Shown: positions 15,001 through 28,368 of the stretch, one piece after another
Layout of the letters: every line of letters starts with the position of its first letter
Position numbering within the stretch: the first letter of the stretch is position 1
Assembly: GCA_032718475.1 (NCBI GenBank)
Contig: JAUCBJ010003530.1
Span: forward strand, 48,835 to 112,834
Source: Nemertoderma westbladi
Lineage: Eukaryota > Animalia > Xenacoelomorpha
Length of the DNA stretch: 64,000 nucleotides
Reading direction: 5' to 3'
Translations under genes and position numbers: made by a program
The notes under the pieces: model-generated
The model's database searches: none
What the model was told of the DNA's origin: nothing
Seen by the model: only the letters and a program-made list of their open reading frames with translations

Positions 15001-18000
15001 AATAGCAGATGGAAGGAAGGTTGCAATAGCAGATGGAACAAGGTTGCAATAGCAGATGGAAGGAAGGTTGCAATAGCAGATGGAAGGAAGGTTGCAATAG
15101 CAGATGGAAGGAAGGTTGCAATAGCAGATGGAAGGAAGGTTGCAATAGCAAATGGAAGGAAGGTTGCATTAGCAGATGGAAGGAAGGTTGCAATAGCAGA
15201 TGGAAGTAAAGTTGCAATAGCAGATGGAAGGAAGGTTGTTATAGCAGATGGAAGGAAGGTTGCAATAGGACATGGAAGGAAGGTTGCAAGATGCAACCAT
15301 CCAAGGTTGCAAATACCAGATGGAAGGAAGGTTGCAATAGTAGATGGAAGGAAGGTTGTAATAGCAGATGGAAGGAAGGTTGCAATAGCAGATGGAAGGA
15401 AGGTTGCAATAGCAGATGGAAGGAAGGTTGCATTAGCAGATGGAAGGAAGGTTGCAATAGCAGATGGAAGTAAAGTTGCAATAGCAGATGGAAGGAAGGT
15501 TGTTATAGCAGATGGAAGGAAGGTTGCAATAGGACATGGAAGGAAGGTTGCAAGATGCAACCTTCCAAGGTTGCAAATAGCAGTTGGAAGGAAGGTTGCA
15601 ATAGTAGATGGAAGGAAGGTTGTAATAGCAGATGGAAGGAAGATTGCAATAGCAGATGGAAGGAAGGTTGCAATAGCAGATGGAAGGAAGGTTGCAATAG
15701 CAGATGGAAGTAAGGATTCAATAGCAGATGGAAGGAAGGTTGCATTAGCAGATGGAAGGAAGGTTGCAATAGCAGATGGAAGTACAGTTGCAATAGCAGA
15801 TGGAAGGAAGGTTGTTATAGCAGATGGAAGGAAGGTTGCAATAGCAGATGGAAGTAAGGATTCAATAGCAGATGGAAGGAAGGTTGCAATGGCAGATGGT
15901 AGGAAGTTTGCAATAGCAGATGGAAGGAAGGCTGCAATAGCAGATGGAAGGAAGGTTGCAATAGCAGATGGAAGGAAGGATTCAATAGCAGATGGAAGGA
16001 AGGTTGCAATAGCAGATGGAAGGAAGGTTGCAATAGAAGATGGAAGGAAGGTTGCAATAGCAGATGGAAGGAAGGTTGCAATAGCAGATGGAAGGAAGGA
16101 TTCAATAGCAGATGGAAGGAAGGTTGCAATAGCAGATGGAAGGAAGGTTGCAATAGCAGATGGAAGGAAGGTTGCAATAGCAGATGGAAGGAAGGTTGCA
16201 ATAGCAGATGGAAGGAAGGATTCAATAGCAGATGGAAGGAAGGTTGCAATAGCAGATGGAAGGAAGGTTGAAATAGCAGATGGAAGGAAGGTTGCATTAG
16301 CAGATGGAAGGAAGGTTGCAATAGCAGATGGAAGTAAAGTTGCAATAGCAGATGGAAGGAAGGTTGTTATAGCAGATGGAAGGAAGATTGCAATAGGACA
16401 TGGAAGGAAGGTTGCAAGATGCAACCTTCCAAGGTTGCAAATAGCAGATGGAAGGAAGGTTGCAATAGTAGATGGAAGGAAGGTTGTAATAGCAGATGGA
16501 AGGAAGGTTGCAATAGCAGATGGAAGGAAGGTTGCAATAGCAGATGGAAGGAAGGTTGCAATAGCAGATGGAAGGAAGGTTGCAATAGCAGATGGAAGAA
16601 AGGTTGCAATAGCAGATGGAAGGAAGGATTCAATAGCAGATGGAAGGAAGGTTGCAATAGCAGATGGAAGGACGGTTGCAATAGCAGATGAAAGGAAGGT
16701 TGCATTAGCAGATGGAAGGAAGGTTGCAATAGCAGATGGAAGTAAAGTTGCAATAGCAGATGGAAGGAAGGTTGTTATAGCAGATGGAAGGAAGGTTGCA
16801 ATAGGACATGGAAGGAAGGTTGCAAGATGCAACCTTCCAAGGTTGCAAATAGCAGATGGAAGGAAGGTTGCAATAGTAGATGGAAGGAAGGTTGTAATAG
16901 CAGATGGAAGGAAGGTTGCAATAGCAGATGGAAGGAAGGTTGCAATAGCAGATGGAAGTAAGGATTCAATGGCAGATGGAAGGAAGGTTGCAATAGCAGA
17001 TGGAAGTAAGGATTCAATAGTAGATGGAAGGAAGGTTGCAATGCAGATGGAAGGAAGGTTGCAATAGCAGATGGAAGGAAGGTTGCAATAGCAGATGGAA
17101 GGAAGTTTGCAATAGCAGATGGAAGGAAGGTTGCAATAGCAGATGGAAGGAAGGTTGCAAAAGCAGATGGAAGGAAGGTTGCAATAGCAGATGGAAGGAA
17201 GGTTGCAATAGCATATGGAAGGAAGGTTGCAATAGCAGATGGAAGGAAGGTTGCAATAGCAGATGGAAGGAAGGTTGCAATAGCAGATGGAAGTAAGGAT
17301 GCAATAGCAGATGGAAGGAAGGTTGCAATAGCAGATGGAAGGAAGGTTGCAATAGCACATGGAAGGAAGGTTGCAATAGCAGACGGAAGGAAGTTTGCAA
17401 TAGCAGATGGGAGGAATATTGCAATAGCAGATGGAAGGAATGTTGCAATAGCAGATGGAAGGAAGGTTGCAATAGCAGATGGAAGGAAGGTTGCAATAGC
17501 AGATGGAAGGAAGGTTGCAATAGCAGATGGAAGGAAGGTTGCAATAGCATATGGAAGGAAGGTTGCAATAGCAGATGGAAGGAAGGTTGCAATAGCAGAT
17601 GGAAGGAAGGTTGCAATAGCAGATGAAAGGAAGGTTGCAATAGCAGATGGAAGGAAGGTTGCAATAGCAGATGGAAGGAAGGTTGCAATAGCAGATGGAA
17701 GGAAGTTTGCAATAGCAGATGGGAGGAATATTGCAATAGCAGATGGAAGGAATGTTGCAATAGCAGATGGAAGGAAGGTTGCAATAGCAGATGGAAGGAA
17801 GGTTGCAATAGCAGATGGAAGGAAGGTTGCAATAGCAGATGGACGGAAGGTTGCAATAGCATATGGAAGGAAGGTTGCAATAGCAGATGGAAGGAAGGTT
17901 GCAATAGCAGATGGAAGGAAGGTTGCAATAGCAGATGAAAGGAAGGTTGCAATAGCAGATGGAAGGAAGGTTGCAATAGCAGATGGAAGGAAGGATGCAA

Positions 18001-21000
18001 TAGCAGATGGAAGGAAGGTTGCAATAGCAGATGGAAGGAAGGTTGCAATAGCAGATGGAAGGAAGGTTGCAATAGCAGATGGAAGGAAGTTTGCAATAGC
18101 AGATGGAAGGAAGGTTGCAATAGCAGATGGAAGGAAGGTTGCAAAAGCAGATGGAAGGAAGGTTGCAATAGCAGATGGAAGGAAGGTTGCAATAGCATAT
18201 GGAAGGAAGGTTGCAATAGCAGATGGAAGGAAGGTTGCAATAGCAGATGGAAGGAAGGTTGCAATAGCAGATGGAAGTAAGGATGCAATAGCAGATGGAA
18301 GGAAGGTTGCAATAGCAGATGGAAGGAAGGTTGCAATAGCAGATGGAAGGAAGGTTGCAATAGCAGACGGAAGGAAGTTTGCAATAGCAGATGGGAGGAA
18401 TATTGCAATAGCAGATGGAAGGAATGTTGCAATAGCAGATGGAAGGAAGGTTGCAATAGCAGATGGAAGGAAGGTTGCAATAGCAGATGGAAGGAAGGTT
18501 GCAATAGCAGATGGAAGGAAGGTTGCAATAGCATATGGAAGGAAGGTTGCAATAGCAGATGGAAGGAAGGTTGCAATAGCAGATGGAAGGAAGGTTGCAA
18601 TAGCAGATGAAAGGAAGGTTGCAATAGCAGATGGAAGAAAGGTTGCAATAGCAGATGGAAGGAAGGTTGCAATAGCAGATGGAAGGAAGTTTGCAATAGC
18701 AGATGGGAGGAATATTGCAATAGCAGATGGAAGGAATGTTGCAATAGCAGATGGAAGGAAGGTTGCAATAGCAGATGGAAGGAAGGTTGCAATAGCAGAT
18801 GGAAGGAAGGTTGCAATAGCAGATGGAAGGAAGGTTGCAATAGCAGATGGAAGGAAGGTTGCAATAGCAGATGGAAGGAAGGTTGCAATAGCAGATGGAA
18901 GGAAGGATGCAATAGCAGATGGAAGGAAGGTTGCAATAGCAGATGGAAGGAAGATTGCAATAGCAGATGGAAGGAAGGTTGCAATAGCATATGGAAAGAA
19001 GGTTGCAATAGCATATGGAAGGAAGGTTGCAATAGCAGATGGAAGGAAGGTTAAAATAGCAGATGGAAGGAAGGTTATAATAGCAGATGGAAGGAAGGTT
19101 GCAATAGCAGATGGAAGGAATGTTGCAATAGCAGATGGAAGGAAGGTTGCAATAGGACATGGAAGGAAGTTTGCAATAGCAGATGGGAGGAATATTGCAA
19201 TAGCAGATGGAAGGAATGTTGCAATAGCAGATGGAAGGAAGGTTGCAATAGGACATGGAAGGAAGGTTGCAATAGCAGATGGAAGGAAGGTTGCAATAGC
19301 AGATGGAAGGAAGGTTGCAAAAGCATATGGAAGGAAGATTGCGATAGCAGATGGAAGGAAGGTTGCAGTAGCAGATGGAAGGAAGTTTGCAATAGCAGAT
19401 GGAAGGAAGGTTGCAATAGGACATGGAAGGAAGTTTGCAATAGCAGATGGGAGGAATATTGCAATAGCAGATGGAAGGAATGTTGCAATAGCAGATGGAA
19501 GGAAGGTTTCAATAGGACATGGAAGGAAGGTTGCAATAGCAGATGGAAGGAAGGTTGCAATAGCAGATGGAAGGAAGGTTGCAAAAGCATATGGAAGGAA
19601 GATTGCGATAGCAGATGGAACAAGGTTGCAATAGCAGATGGAAGGAAGGTTGCAATAGCAGATGGAAGAAAGGTTGCAATAGCATATGGAAGGAAGGTTG
19701 CAATAGCAGATGGAAGGAAGGTTGCAATAGCATATGGAAGGAATATTGCAATAGCAGATGGAAGGAAGATTGCAATAGCAGATGGAAGGAAGGTTGCAAT
19801 AGCAGATGGAAGGAAGGTTGCAATAGCATATGGAAGGAAGGTTGCAATAGCATATGGAAGGAAGGTTACAATAGCAGATGGAAGGAAGATTGCAATAGCA
19901 TATGGAAGGAATATTGCAATAACAGATGCAAGGAAGATTGCAATAGCATATGGAAGGACGGTTGGAATAGCAGATGGAAGGAAGGTTGCAATAGCATATG
20001 GAAGGAAGGTTGCAATAGCAGATGGAAGGAAGGTTGCAATAGCATATGGAAGGAATATTGCAATAACAGATGGAAGGAATATTGCAATAACAGATGGAAG
20101 GAAGGTTGCAATAGCAGATGGAAGGAGGGTTGCAATAGCAGATGGTAGGAAGGTTGCAATAGCATATGGAAGGAATATTGCAATAACGGATGGAAGGAAG
20201 ATTGCAATAGCAAATGGAAGGACGGTTGGAATAGCAGATGGAAGGTAGGTTGCAATAGCATATGGAAGGAAGGGTGCAATAGCAGATGGAAGGAAGGTTG
20301 CAATAGCATATGGAAGGAATATTGCAATAGCAGATGGAAGGAAGATTGCAATAGCAGTTGGAAGGAAGGTTGCAATAGCAGATGGAAGGAAGGTTGCAAT
20401 AGCATATGGAAGGAAGATTGCAATAGCAGATGGAAGGAAGGTAGCAATAGCAGATGGAAGGAAGGTTGCAATAGCAGATGGAAGGAAGGTTGCAATAGCA
20501 AATGGAAGGAAGGTTGCAATAGCAGATGGAAGGAAGGTTGCAATAGCAGATGGAAGGAAGGTTGCAATAGCATATGGAAGGAATATTGCAATAGCAGATG
20601 GAAGGAATATTGCAATAGCAGATGGAAGGAAGGTTGCAATAGCAGATGGAAGGAAGGTTGCAATAGCATATGGAAGGAAGATTGCAATAGCAGATGGAAG
20701 GAAGGTAGCAATAGCAGATGGAAGGAAGGTTGCAATAGCATATGGAAGGAAGATTGCAATAGCAGATGGAAGGAAGGTAGCAATAGCAGATGGAAGGAAG
20801 GTTGCAATAGCATATGGAAGGAATATTGCAATAGCAGATGGAAGGAAGATTGCAATAGCAGATGGAAGGAAGGTTGCAATAGCAGATGGAAGGAAGGTTG
20901 CAATAGCATATGGAAGGAAGATTGCAATAGCAGATGGAAGGAAGGTAGCAATAGCAGATGGAAGGAAGGTTGCAATAGCAGATGGAAGGAAGGTTGCAAT

Positions 21001-21050
21001 AGCAAATGGAAGGAAGGTTGCAATAGCAGATGGTAGGAAGGTTGCAATAG
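1..21050. repeat. 24-bp tandem satellite, consensus ATAGCAGATGGAAGGAAGGTTGCA, ~875 monomers in window, continuing past the left edge
   Basis: Uninterrupted head-to-tail 24-mers with point variants and only ~5 single-base indels (near 1095, 12516, 15040, 17043, 19621). Ends sharply at ...GTTGCAATAG|ACTTTC. Confidence 0.99.
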
Positions 21051-21429
21051 ACTTTCAGAGAAACAAATACAACTAATTATTAATGACATGAACATGAAGA
21101 AAATCTGTATGATTTAGAAAGAAAGGTAAGTTTGAAAGTTCAGTAAGTGATTATAAACAAATTAATAATAATCAATCGGTACGATGGTGTGTGCTGTGTG
21201 GGGGCAGTGGACCAAGAACACTTCGACCGCGAACAAAACCTCGAGGGGCCGGTGTACGAGGCACCAGGTACTACGCCGACATCAGGTAATACCGTAGTAC
21301 TAAGTGGCTAGGCACCATCAGATACTACTGTAGTATACGAAGGTTTAAATGGGATAAAGGGTCGAAATGGTTAATTTAAAGTGCCGAATTATCAATTTAT
21401 ATGCCTATCAATGATGCCCATCCTCCACC

Positions 21430-21932
21430 ACGAGGCACGCAAGATGAGCGGATACACGAGGTCGAGTTGGCGACTTTCACACCACTCGTAGTTTCGGCTT
21501 TCGTGGTTTCTCACCAACCACGACTCAGTTCGTGAAGCGGCTTGGAGTCCTCCTCTCCGAGAAGCGGGAGGCGCCGTACGCCGAGTGCGTATTCGTTGGG
21601 TCCGCCGTGAGTTGAGTTTCGCACTCCTCCGCGCTTAATGTGTCTACGGGGTGCGGTGCGCATTCTGCTCGCAATCGTCCCGTGCGCTGCCAATCATCCA
21701 TGGTGATGTCCAGGCCCGTGTGAGTGGGCGTGGGAATATCAGGGTAGGCAGCCGCGAAAGTTAATTTGGATAAATTTTATAATAGATTTAATTGTATACA
21801 GTAGGTAGAAAGCAAAACTACAGTAGGTTCTAAATGGAGTCCGCCTTCAGTTCATCATTTGTATACAAAGCACAACATAAAACATCCGCGAAATCAAAAG
21901 GCGGGGGAGAGTTGCAGATAAACATCCCTTTT
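21430..21932 (-). mobile_element. possible degenerate LTR-retrotransposon fragment (LTR-like segment, PBS-like site, gag-like start)
   Basis: Minus strand: purine run AAAAGGGA, then TGTT (21924)...CACCA (21701). TGGCAGCGCACGGGA at 21692-21678 resembles a tRNA-Leu PBS (TGGCAGCGGTGGGA). A GC-rich 60-aa ORF follows. Spacing is imperfect and there is no second LTR. Confidence 0.25.
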
Positions 21933-22028
21933 ATTGGTAATACACAACACACTCAACAGGTACCTACAGTATCTACATCATAAGCAGATTCTATTCTGAG
22001 CAAAATACTGCATGTACCATTACAGGAT

Positions 22029-22428
22029 GGTTGGGTGTAACCTTCGCCCACTTACAACCTTCGCCCGTGTCCAATTTTCGTCCGCATCCAACCTTCGCCT
22101 GGGGGAAATCTTCGTTCGCCCGCGAGCAACCTTCGCCCAATTAAGTTTGTGTTAGAAACCATTTTAGTTAGGCCTACCAATTGAGGGAAAGGAGCAGGTT
22201 ACAGAGAGCGTTTTTTCTAACCAAAAAATAAACGACGTTGTTACCAATTGAGGGAAAGGAGCGGGTTACAGAGGCGGCTTTTTCTCGCCAATCACTTTTT
22301 AGTGGGGCGAAGGTTGCTCGCGGGCGAAGTTACCTGAAGGGAAGGTTTCCACCGGGCAATATTGCTCATTTTGAGGCCGAAGATTGCTCCGGGCGAAGAT
22401 TGGACGTGGGAGAAGTTTGCTCCGTACC
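22029..22428. mobile_element. non-autonomous Mutator-like/foldback element, 400 bp
   Basis: Degenerate TIRs (GGTTGGGTGTAACCTTCGCCCAC vs revcomp GGTACGGAGCAAACTTCTCCCAC). Arms are built of CTTCGCCC motifs, with a perfect 24-bp inverted pair at 22115-22138/22305-22328. 9-bp flanks TTACAGGAT/TTACAGGAC (one mismatch). Confidence 0.75.
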
Positions 22429-22572
22429 TTACAGGACCAGTGTTCGATGACTGTAGGCTGTGGAGAAGTCCCTACTGTACTGTAGTAGTAACAGTGTTGG
22501 ATTACGGAATGTACAGTATTATTAAAATGAAAGTAGCTTACAATCTGAGCGTAATATGCACCGGTGTTTGAT

Positions 22573-23481
22573 TCCACGAAGCTAAGGAAAATCAACTACT
22601 TTCGCTAAGAAAGATTTTCCTTAGCTGAGATGGTCTATTCATAGTGGGCTATTTTACTTGTATGGAGCAGATTTGGTTTTTTTTGACCGGGGAAAAAACT
22701 AGCCTTTAAAAGTACCTTGAAATTTTGCATGTATATACTACTCGGCGAGGCGCATCTTTTGGGCCGGGTCTCATATCCAGGAAAAATCTGGTTTCCATGG
22801 CAACGGACTTCAAAAAAAGTCTATGTATTTCAAGTCAATATTTATAACTCTATTTGTAGGAAAACTATAATAGATATAAACTTGGGGTTTCGCAACACAA
22901 CTATAAGGTCCATAGCAGATCCGATTGAGGCTAAATAGAAAATCCAGTTACCTTGGCAACCGGGATAAACAGATGTTAAAATTTATAAAATGTAAATTTG
23001 AGGCCTAAGGGCAAGGTGTTATGACTTGGGACCAACCCTTACCCCCACTATATAACTTATTCTGCATCCGAATTACATTGTTCTATTTTTCAGTTACCAT
23101 GACAACCGCAGAAAACAGATGTTTTTATACAAAAATTGTTCATTTGGACATAGACTTCGCGATAAAATTTTACAAAACTGGGTATGTGTTATCTGGACTT
23201 TCCAAGACAACCACTGCAAACTGATATTTTAACAAATACATCCTTAATTTTGGACATCAACTACTCAATGAAACTTCCTTGAAGTCGATTTGTGTCACCT
23301 GGAACCACAAACTTTATCTTAATGTAAAACTCAGCAGTTCTAGCAAACTCCAGTTTCCATGGTGATGGGAGTTGAATTAAGATATATGACTTTTAACTAG
23401 AAGCAATGAACTGATGAGTCAAAGTGTGTTTAAATTTCCTTAGCTTCGTGGTTGCATTTCCTTTAGGAAATGCCTTTCTAG
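22573..23481 (+). mobile_element. Helitron-like copy, internally deleted, variant 3' half
   Basis: TCCACG... to CTAG, 909 bp. 3' half resembles copies at 48288 and 49528. Next copy abuts directly (CTAG|TCCACG). Confidence 0.85.
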
Positions 23482-24645
23482 TCCACGAAGCTAAGGAAAA
23501 TCAACTACTTTCGCTAAGAAAGATTTTCCTTAGCTGAGATGGTCTATTCATAGTGGGCTATTTTACTTGTGTGAGGCAGATTTGGTTTTTTTTGATTCCG
23601 GAAAAAACTAGCCTTTAAAAGTACCCTGAAATTTTGCATGTATATACTACTCGTCGAGGCGCATCCTGTGGGATGGGTCTCATATCCAGGAAAAATCTGG
23701 TTTCCATGGCAACGGACTTCAAAAAAAGTCAATGTATTTCAAGTCAATATTTATAACTCTATTTGTAGGAAAACTATAATAGATATAAACTTGGGGTTTT
23801 GCAACACAACTATAAGGTCCATAGCAGATCAGATTGAGGCTAAATAGAAAATCCAGTTACCTTGGCAACCGGGATAAACAGATGTTAAAATTTATAAAAT
23901 GTTAATTTGAGGCCTAAGGGCAAGGTGTTATGACTTGGGACCAACCCCTACCCCCACTATATAACTTATTCTGCATCCGAATTACATTGTTCTATTTTTC
24001 AGTTACCATGACAACCGCTGAAAACATATGTTTTTATACAAAAATTATTCATTTTGGACATAGAATTCGCGATAAAATTTTACAAAACTGGGTATGTGTT
24101 ATCTGCACCACTAGTTGGAACTTTTATTGAAACTTAAATCATTCCAGAAATTTAGTTACCATGGTAACTGTAGTTTATTAAACTCTATTTCATTCAAGTC
24201 TATATTGATAACTCTATTTCTAGCAAAACTGTAATATATATAAACTTGGGGTTTTGTAACTCATCTATAATTCCCATATCCATCCAAGTCGTTTGAGGTT
24301 AATTAGAAAGTACAGTTACCATAGCAACAAGACTAAACAGATGTTACTATTTATAAAATTATAATTTGAAGCACAAGTTAATAGTATTATGACTTGGGAC
24401 CAAGACCTACCCCCACTATATGACTTATTCTGCATCCGAATTACATTATTATATTTTTCAGTTTCCATGACAACCACTGCAAACAGATGCATTTTGATAG
24501 AAAATCGGTAATTTGGACATAAACTACAATATTTTCTGAAACTCGGAATATGTGTTATAATCTGAACCACAATCTGGACTGAATCTTTATTCAAAGGTAA
24601 AACCCACAGTTCCAGAGAACTCTAGTTTCCATATGGGAATAGAAG
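23482..24645 (+). mobile_element. 5' part of a split Helitron-like host copy; remainder at 42897-43011
   Basis: Breaks at GGGAATAGAAG|TCCACG. The consensus continuation TTAATTATTG reappears as TAAATTATTGG right after the CTAG at 42896. Confidence 0.75.
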
Positions 24646-25900
24646 TCCACGAAGCTAAGGAAAATCAACTACTTTCGCTAAGAAAGATTTTCCTTAGCTG
24701 AGATGGTCTATTCATAGTGGGCTATTTTACTTGTGTGGGGCAGATTTGGGGTTTTTTGGTCGGTGAAAAAACTAGCCTTTAAAAGTACCCTGAAATTTTG
24801 CATGTATATACTACTCGTCGAGGCGCATCTTTTGGGCCGGGTCTCATATCCAGGAAAAATCTGGTTTCCATGGAAACGGACTTATAAAAAAGTCTCTGTA
24901 TTTCAAGTCAATATTTAAAACTCTATTTGTAGGGAAACTATAATAGATATAAACTTGGGGTTTCTCAACTCAACTATAAGGTCCATAGCAGAGCCGATTG
25001 AGATTAAATAGAAAATCCAGTTACCTTGGCAACCAGGCTAAACAGATGTTAAAATTTATAAAATGATAATTTGAAGCCTAAGGACAAGGTGTTATGACTT
25101 GGGACCAACCCCTACCCCCACTATATAACTTATTCTGCGTCCGAATATGATTGTTCTATTTTGCAGTTACCATGACAACCGCTGAAAACAGATGTTTTTA
25201 CACAAAAATTACTCATTTGGACATAGACTTCGCGATAAAATTTTACGAAACTGGGTATGTGTTATCTGGACCACTAGTTGGAACTTTTAGTGAAACTCAA
25301 ATCATTCCAGAAATATATAGTTACCTTGGTAACTGTAGTTTATTCAAGTCTATATTCATAACTATATTTGTAGCAGAACTGTAATATATATAAACTTGGG
25401 GTTTTGCAACTCATATAAGGTCCATATCCAAGCCGTTCCGGTTCGAGCTTAATTAGAAAATCCAGTTACCATAGCAACAAGACTAAACAGATGCTAAAAT
25501 TTATAAAATTAGAATTTGAAGCACTAGTTAACAGTATTATGAGTTGGGACCAACACCTACCCCCACTATATGACTTATTCTGCATCCGAATTACATTGTT
25601 CTATTTTTCAGTTTCCATGACAACCACTCACAAACAGATGCATTTTGATAGAAAATCGGTAATTTGGACATAAACTACAAAATTTTCTGAAACTCGGTAT
25701 GTTATCTGAAAAACAATCTGGACTGAATCTTTTTTCAAAGGTAAAACCAACAGTTCCAGAGAACTCTAGTTTCCATGGGAATAGAAGTTATTTATTGGCA
25801 AATGCTCCTAAACTAGGCTAAGCAACGAACCAAATTGTGGCCGTTTGTTTAATTTTCCTTATCTTCGTGGTTGCATTTCCTTTAGGAAATGCCTTTCTAG
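24646..25900 (+). mobile_element. full-length Helitron-like copy
   Basis: G|TCCACG...hairpin-CTAG|T. Duplicated at 27087-28341. Confidence 0.9.
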
Positions 25901-25927
25901 TAAGATAATTATATAAAATATTACCGA

Positions 25928-27086
25928 TCCACGAAGCTAAGGAAAATCAACTACTTTCGCTAAGAAAGATTTTCCTTAGCTGAGATGGTCTATTCATAGT
26001 GGGCTATTTTACTTGTATGGGGCAGATTAGTTTTTTTTTGATTCCGGAAAAAACTAGCCTTTAAAAGTACCCTGAAATTTTGCATGTATATACTACTCGA
26101 CGAGGCGCATCTTTTGGGCCGGGTCTCATATCCAGGAAAAATCTGGTTTCCATGGCAACGGACTTCAAAAAAAGTCTATGTATTTCAAGTCAATATTTAT
26201 AACTCTATTTGTAGGAAAACTATAATAGATATAAACTTGGGGTTTCGCAACACAACTATAAGGTCCATAGCAGATCCGATTGAGGCTAAATAGAAAATCC
26301 AGTTACCTTGGCAACCGGGATAAACAGATGTTAAAATTTCTAAAATGTTAATTTGAAGCCTAAGGGCAAGGTGTTATGACTTGGGACCAACCCCTACCCC
26401 CACTATATAACTTATTCTGCATCCGAATTACATTGTTCTATTTTTCAGTTACCATGACAACCGCTGAAAACAGATGTTTTTATTCAAAACTTATTCATTT
26501 GGACATAGACTTCACGATAAAATTTTACAAAACTGGGTATGTGTTATCTGGACCAAGAGTTGGAACTTTTAGTGAAACTTAAATTATTCCAGAAATTTAG
26601 TTACCATGGTAACTCTAGTTTATTAAACTCTATATCATTCAAATCTATATTGATAACTCTATTTGTAGCAAAACTGTAATATATATAAACTTGGGGTTTT
26701 GCAACTCATCTATAAGATCCATATCCAAGCCGTTTGAGGTTAATTAGAAAATACAGTTACCATAGCAACAAGTCTAAACAGATGTTAAAATTTATAAAAT
26801 GATAATTTGAAGCACAAGTTAATAGTATTATGACTTGGGACTAACCCCTACCCCCACAATATGACTTATTCTGCATCCGAATTACATTATTATATTTTTC
26901 AGTTTCCATGACAACCACTGCAAACAGATGCATTTTGATAGAAAATCGGTAATTTGGACATAAACTACAATATTTTCTGAAACTCGGAATATGTGTTATA
27001 ATCTGAACCACAATCTGGACTGAATCTTTATTCAAAGGTAAAACCCACAGTTCCAGAGAACTCTAGTTTCCATATGGGAATAGAAG
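25928..27086 (+). mobile_element. chimeric 3'-interrupted Helitron-like copy at the duplication junction
   Basis: 5' part matches the copy at 28369. The part after ~26880 matches the copy at 23482 (ATTATTATATTTT and CCATATGGG variants). Confidence 0.8.
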
Positions 27087-28341
27087 TCCACGAAGCTAAG
27101 GAAAATCAACTACTTTCGCTAAGAAAGATTTTCCTTAGCTGAGATGGTCTATTCATAGTGGGCTATTTTACTTGTGTGGGGCAGATTTGGGGTTTTTTGG
27201 TCGGTGAAAAAACTAGCCTTTAAAAGTACCCTGAAATTTTGCATGTATATACTACTCGTCGAGGCGCATCTTTTGGGCCGGGTCTCATATCCAGGAAAAA
27301 TCTGGTTTCCATGGAAACGGACTTATAAAAAAGTCTCTGTATTTCAAGTCAATATTTAAAACTCTATTTGTAGGGAAACTATAATAGATATAAACTTGGG
27401 GTTTCTCAACTCAACTATAAGGTCCATAGCAGAGCCGATTGAGATTAAATAGAAAATCCAGTTACCTTGGCAACCAGGCTAAACAGATGTTAAAATTTAT
27501 AAAATGATAATTTGAAGCCTAAGGACAAGGTGTTATGACTTGGGACCAACCCCTACCCCCACTATATAACTTATTCTGCGTCCGAATATGATTGTTCTAT
27601 TTTGCAGTTACCATGACAACCGCTGAAAACAGATGTTTTTACACAAAAATTACTCATTTGGACATAGACTTCGCGATAAAATTTTACGAAACTGGGTATG
27701 TGTTATCTGGACCACTAGTTGGAACTTTTAGTGAAACTCAAATCATTCCAGAAATATATAGTTACCTTGGTAACTGTAGTTTATTCAAGTCTATATTCAT
27801 AACTATATTTGTAGCAGAACTGTAATATATATAAACTTGGGGTTTTGCAACTCATATAAGGTCCATATCCAAGCCGTTCCGGTTCGAGCTTAATTAGAAA
27901 ATCCAGTTACCATAGCAACAAGACTAAACAGATGCTAAAATTTATAAAATTAGAATTTGAAGCACTAGTTAACAGTATTATGAGTTGGGACCAACACCTA
28001 CCCCCACTATATGACTTATTCTGCATCCGAATTACATTGTTCTATTTTTCAGTTTCCATGACAACCACTCACAAACAGATGCATTTTGATAGAAAATCGG
28101 TAATTTGGACATAAACTACAAAATTTTCTGAAACTCGGTATGTTATCTGAAAAACAATCTGGACTGAATCTTTTTTCAAAGGTAAAACCAACAGTTCCAG
28201 AGAACTCTAGTTTCCATGGGAATAGAAGTTATTTATTGGCAAATGCTCCTAAACTAGGCTAAGCAACGAACCAAATTGTGGCCGTTTGTTTAATTTTCCT
28301 TATCTTCGTGGTTGCATTTCCTTTAGGAAATGCCTTTCTAG
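27087..28341 (+). mobile_element. full-length Helitron-like copy (duplicate of 24646-25900)
   Basis: Same termini and same diagnostic variants. Confidence 0.9.
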
Positions 28342-28368
28342 TAAGATAATTATATAAAATATTACCGA

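Noticed and set aside
932-19424. Giant ORFs up to 3714 aa (PSAIATFL, LLQPSFHL, CNLPSICY, IADGRKVA, NSRWKEGC repeats)
   Set aside because: The 24-bp unit lacks stops in five of six frames, so ORFs overlap on both strands, change frame at single-base indels and have no unique domains. Satellite artefact.
1-21050. CRISPR array or telomeric repeat
   Set aside because: No unique spacers and no cas genes; the unit is not a recognised telomere motif and the chromosome end is not visible.
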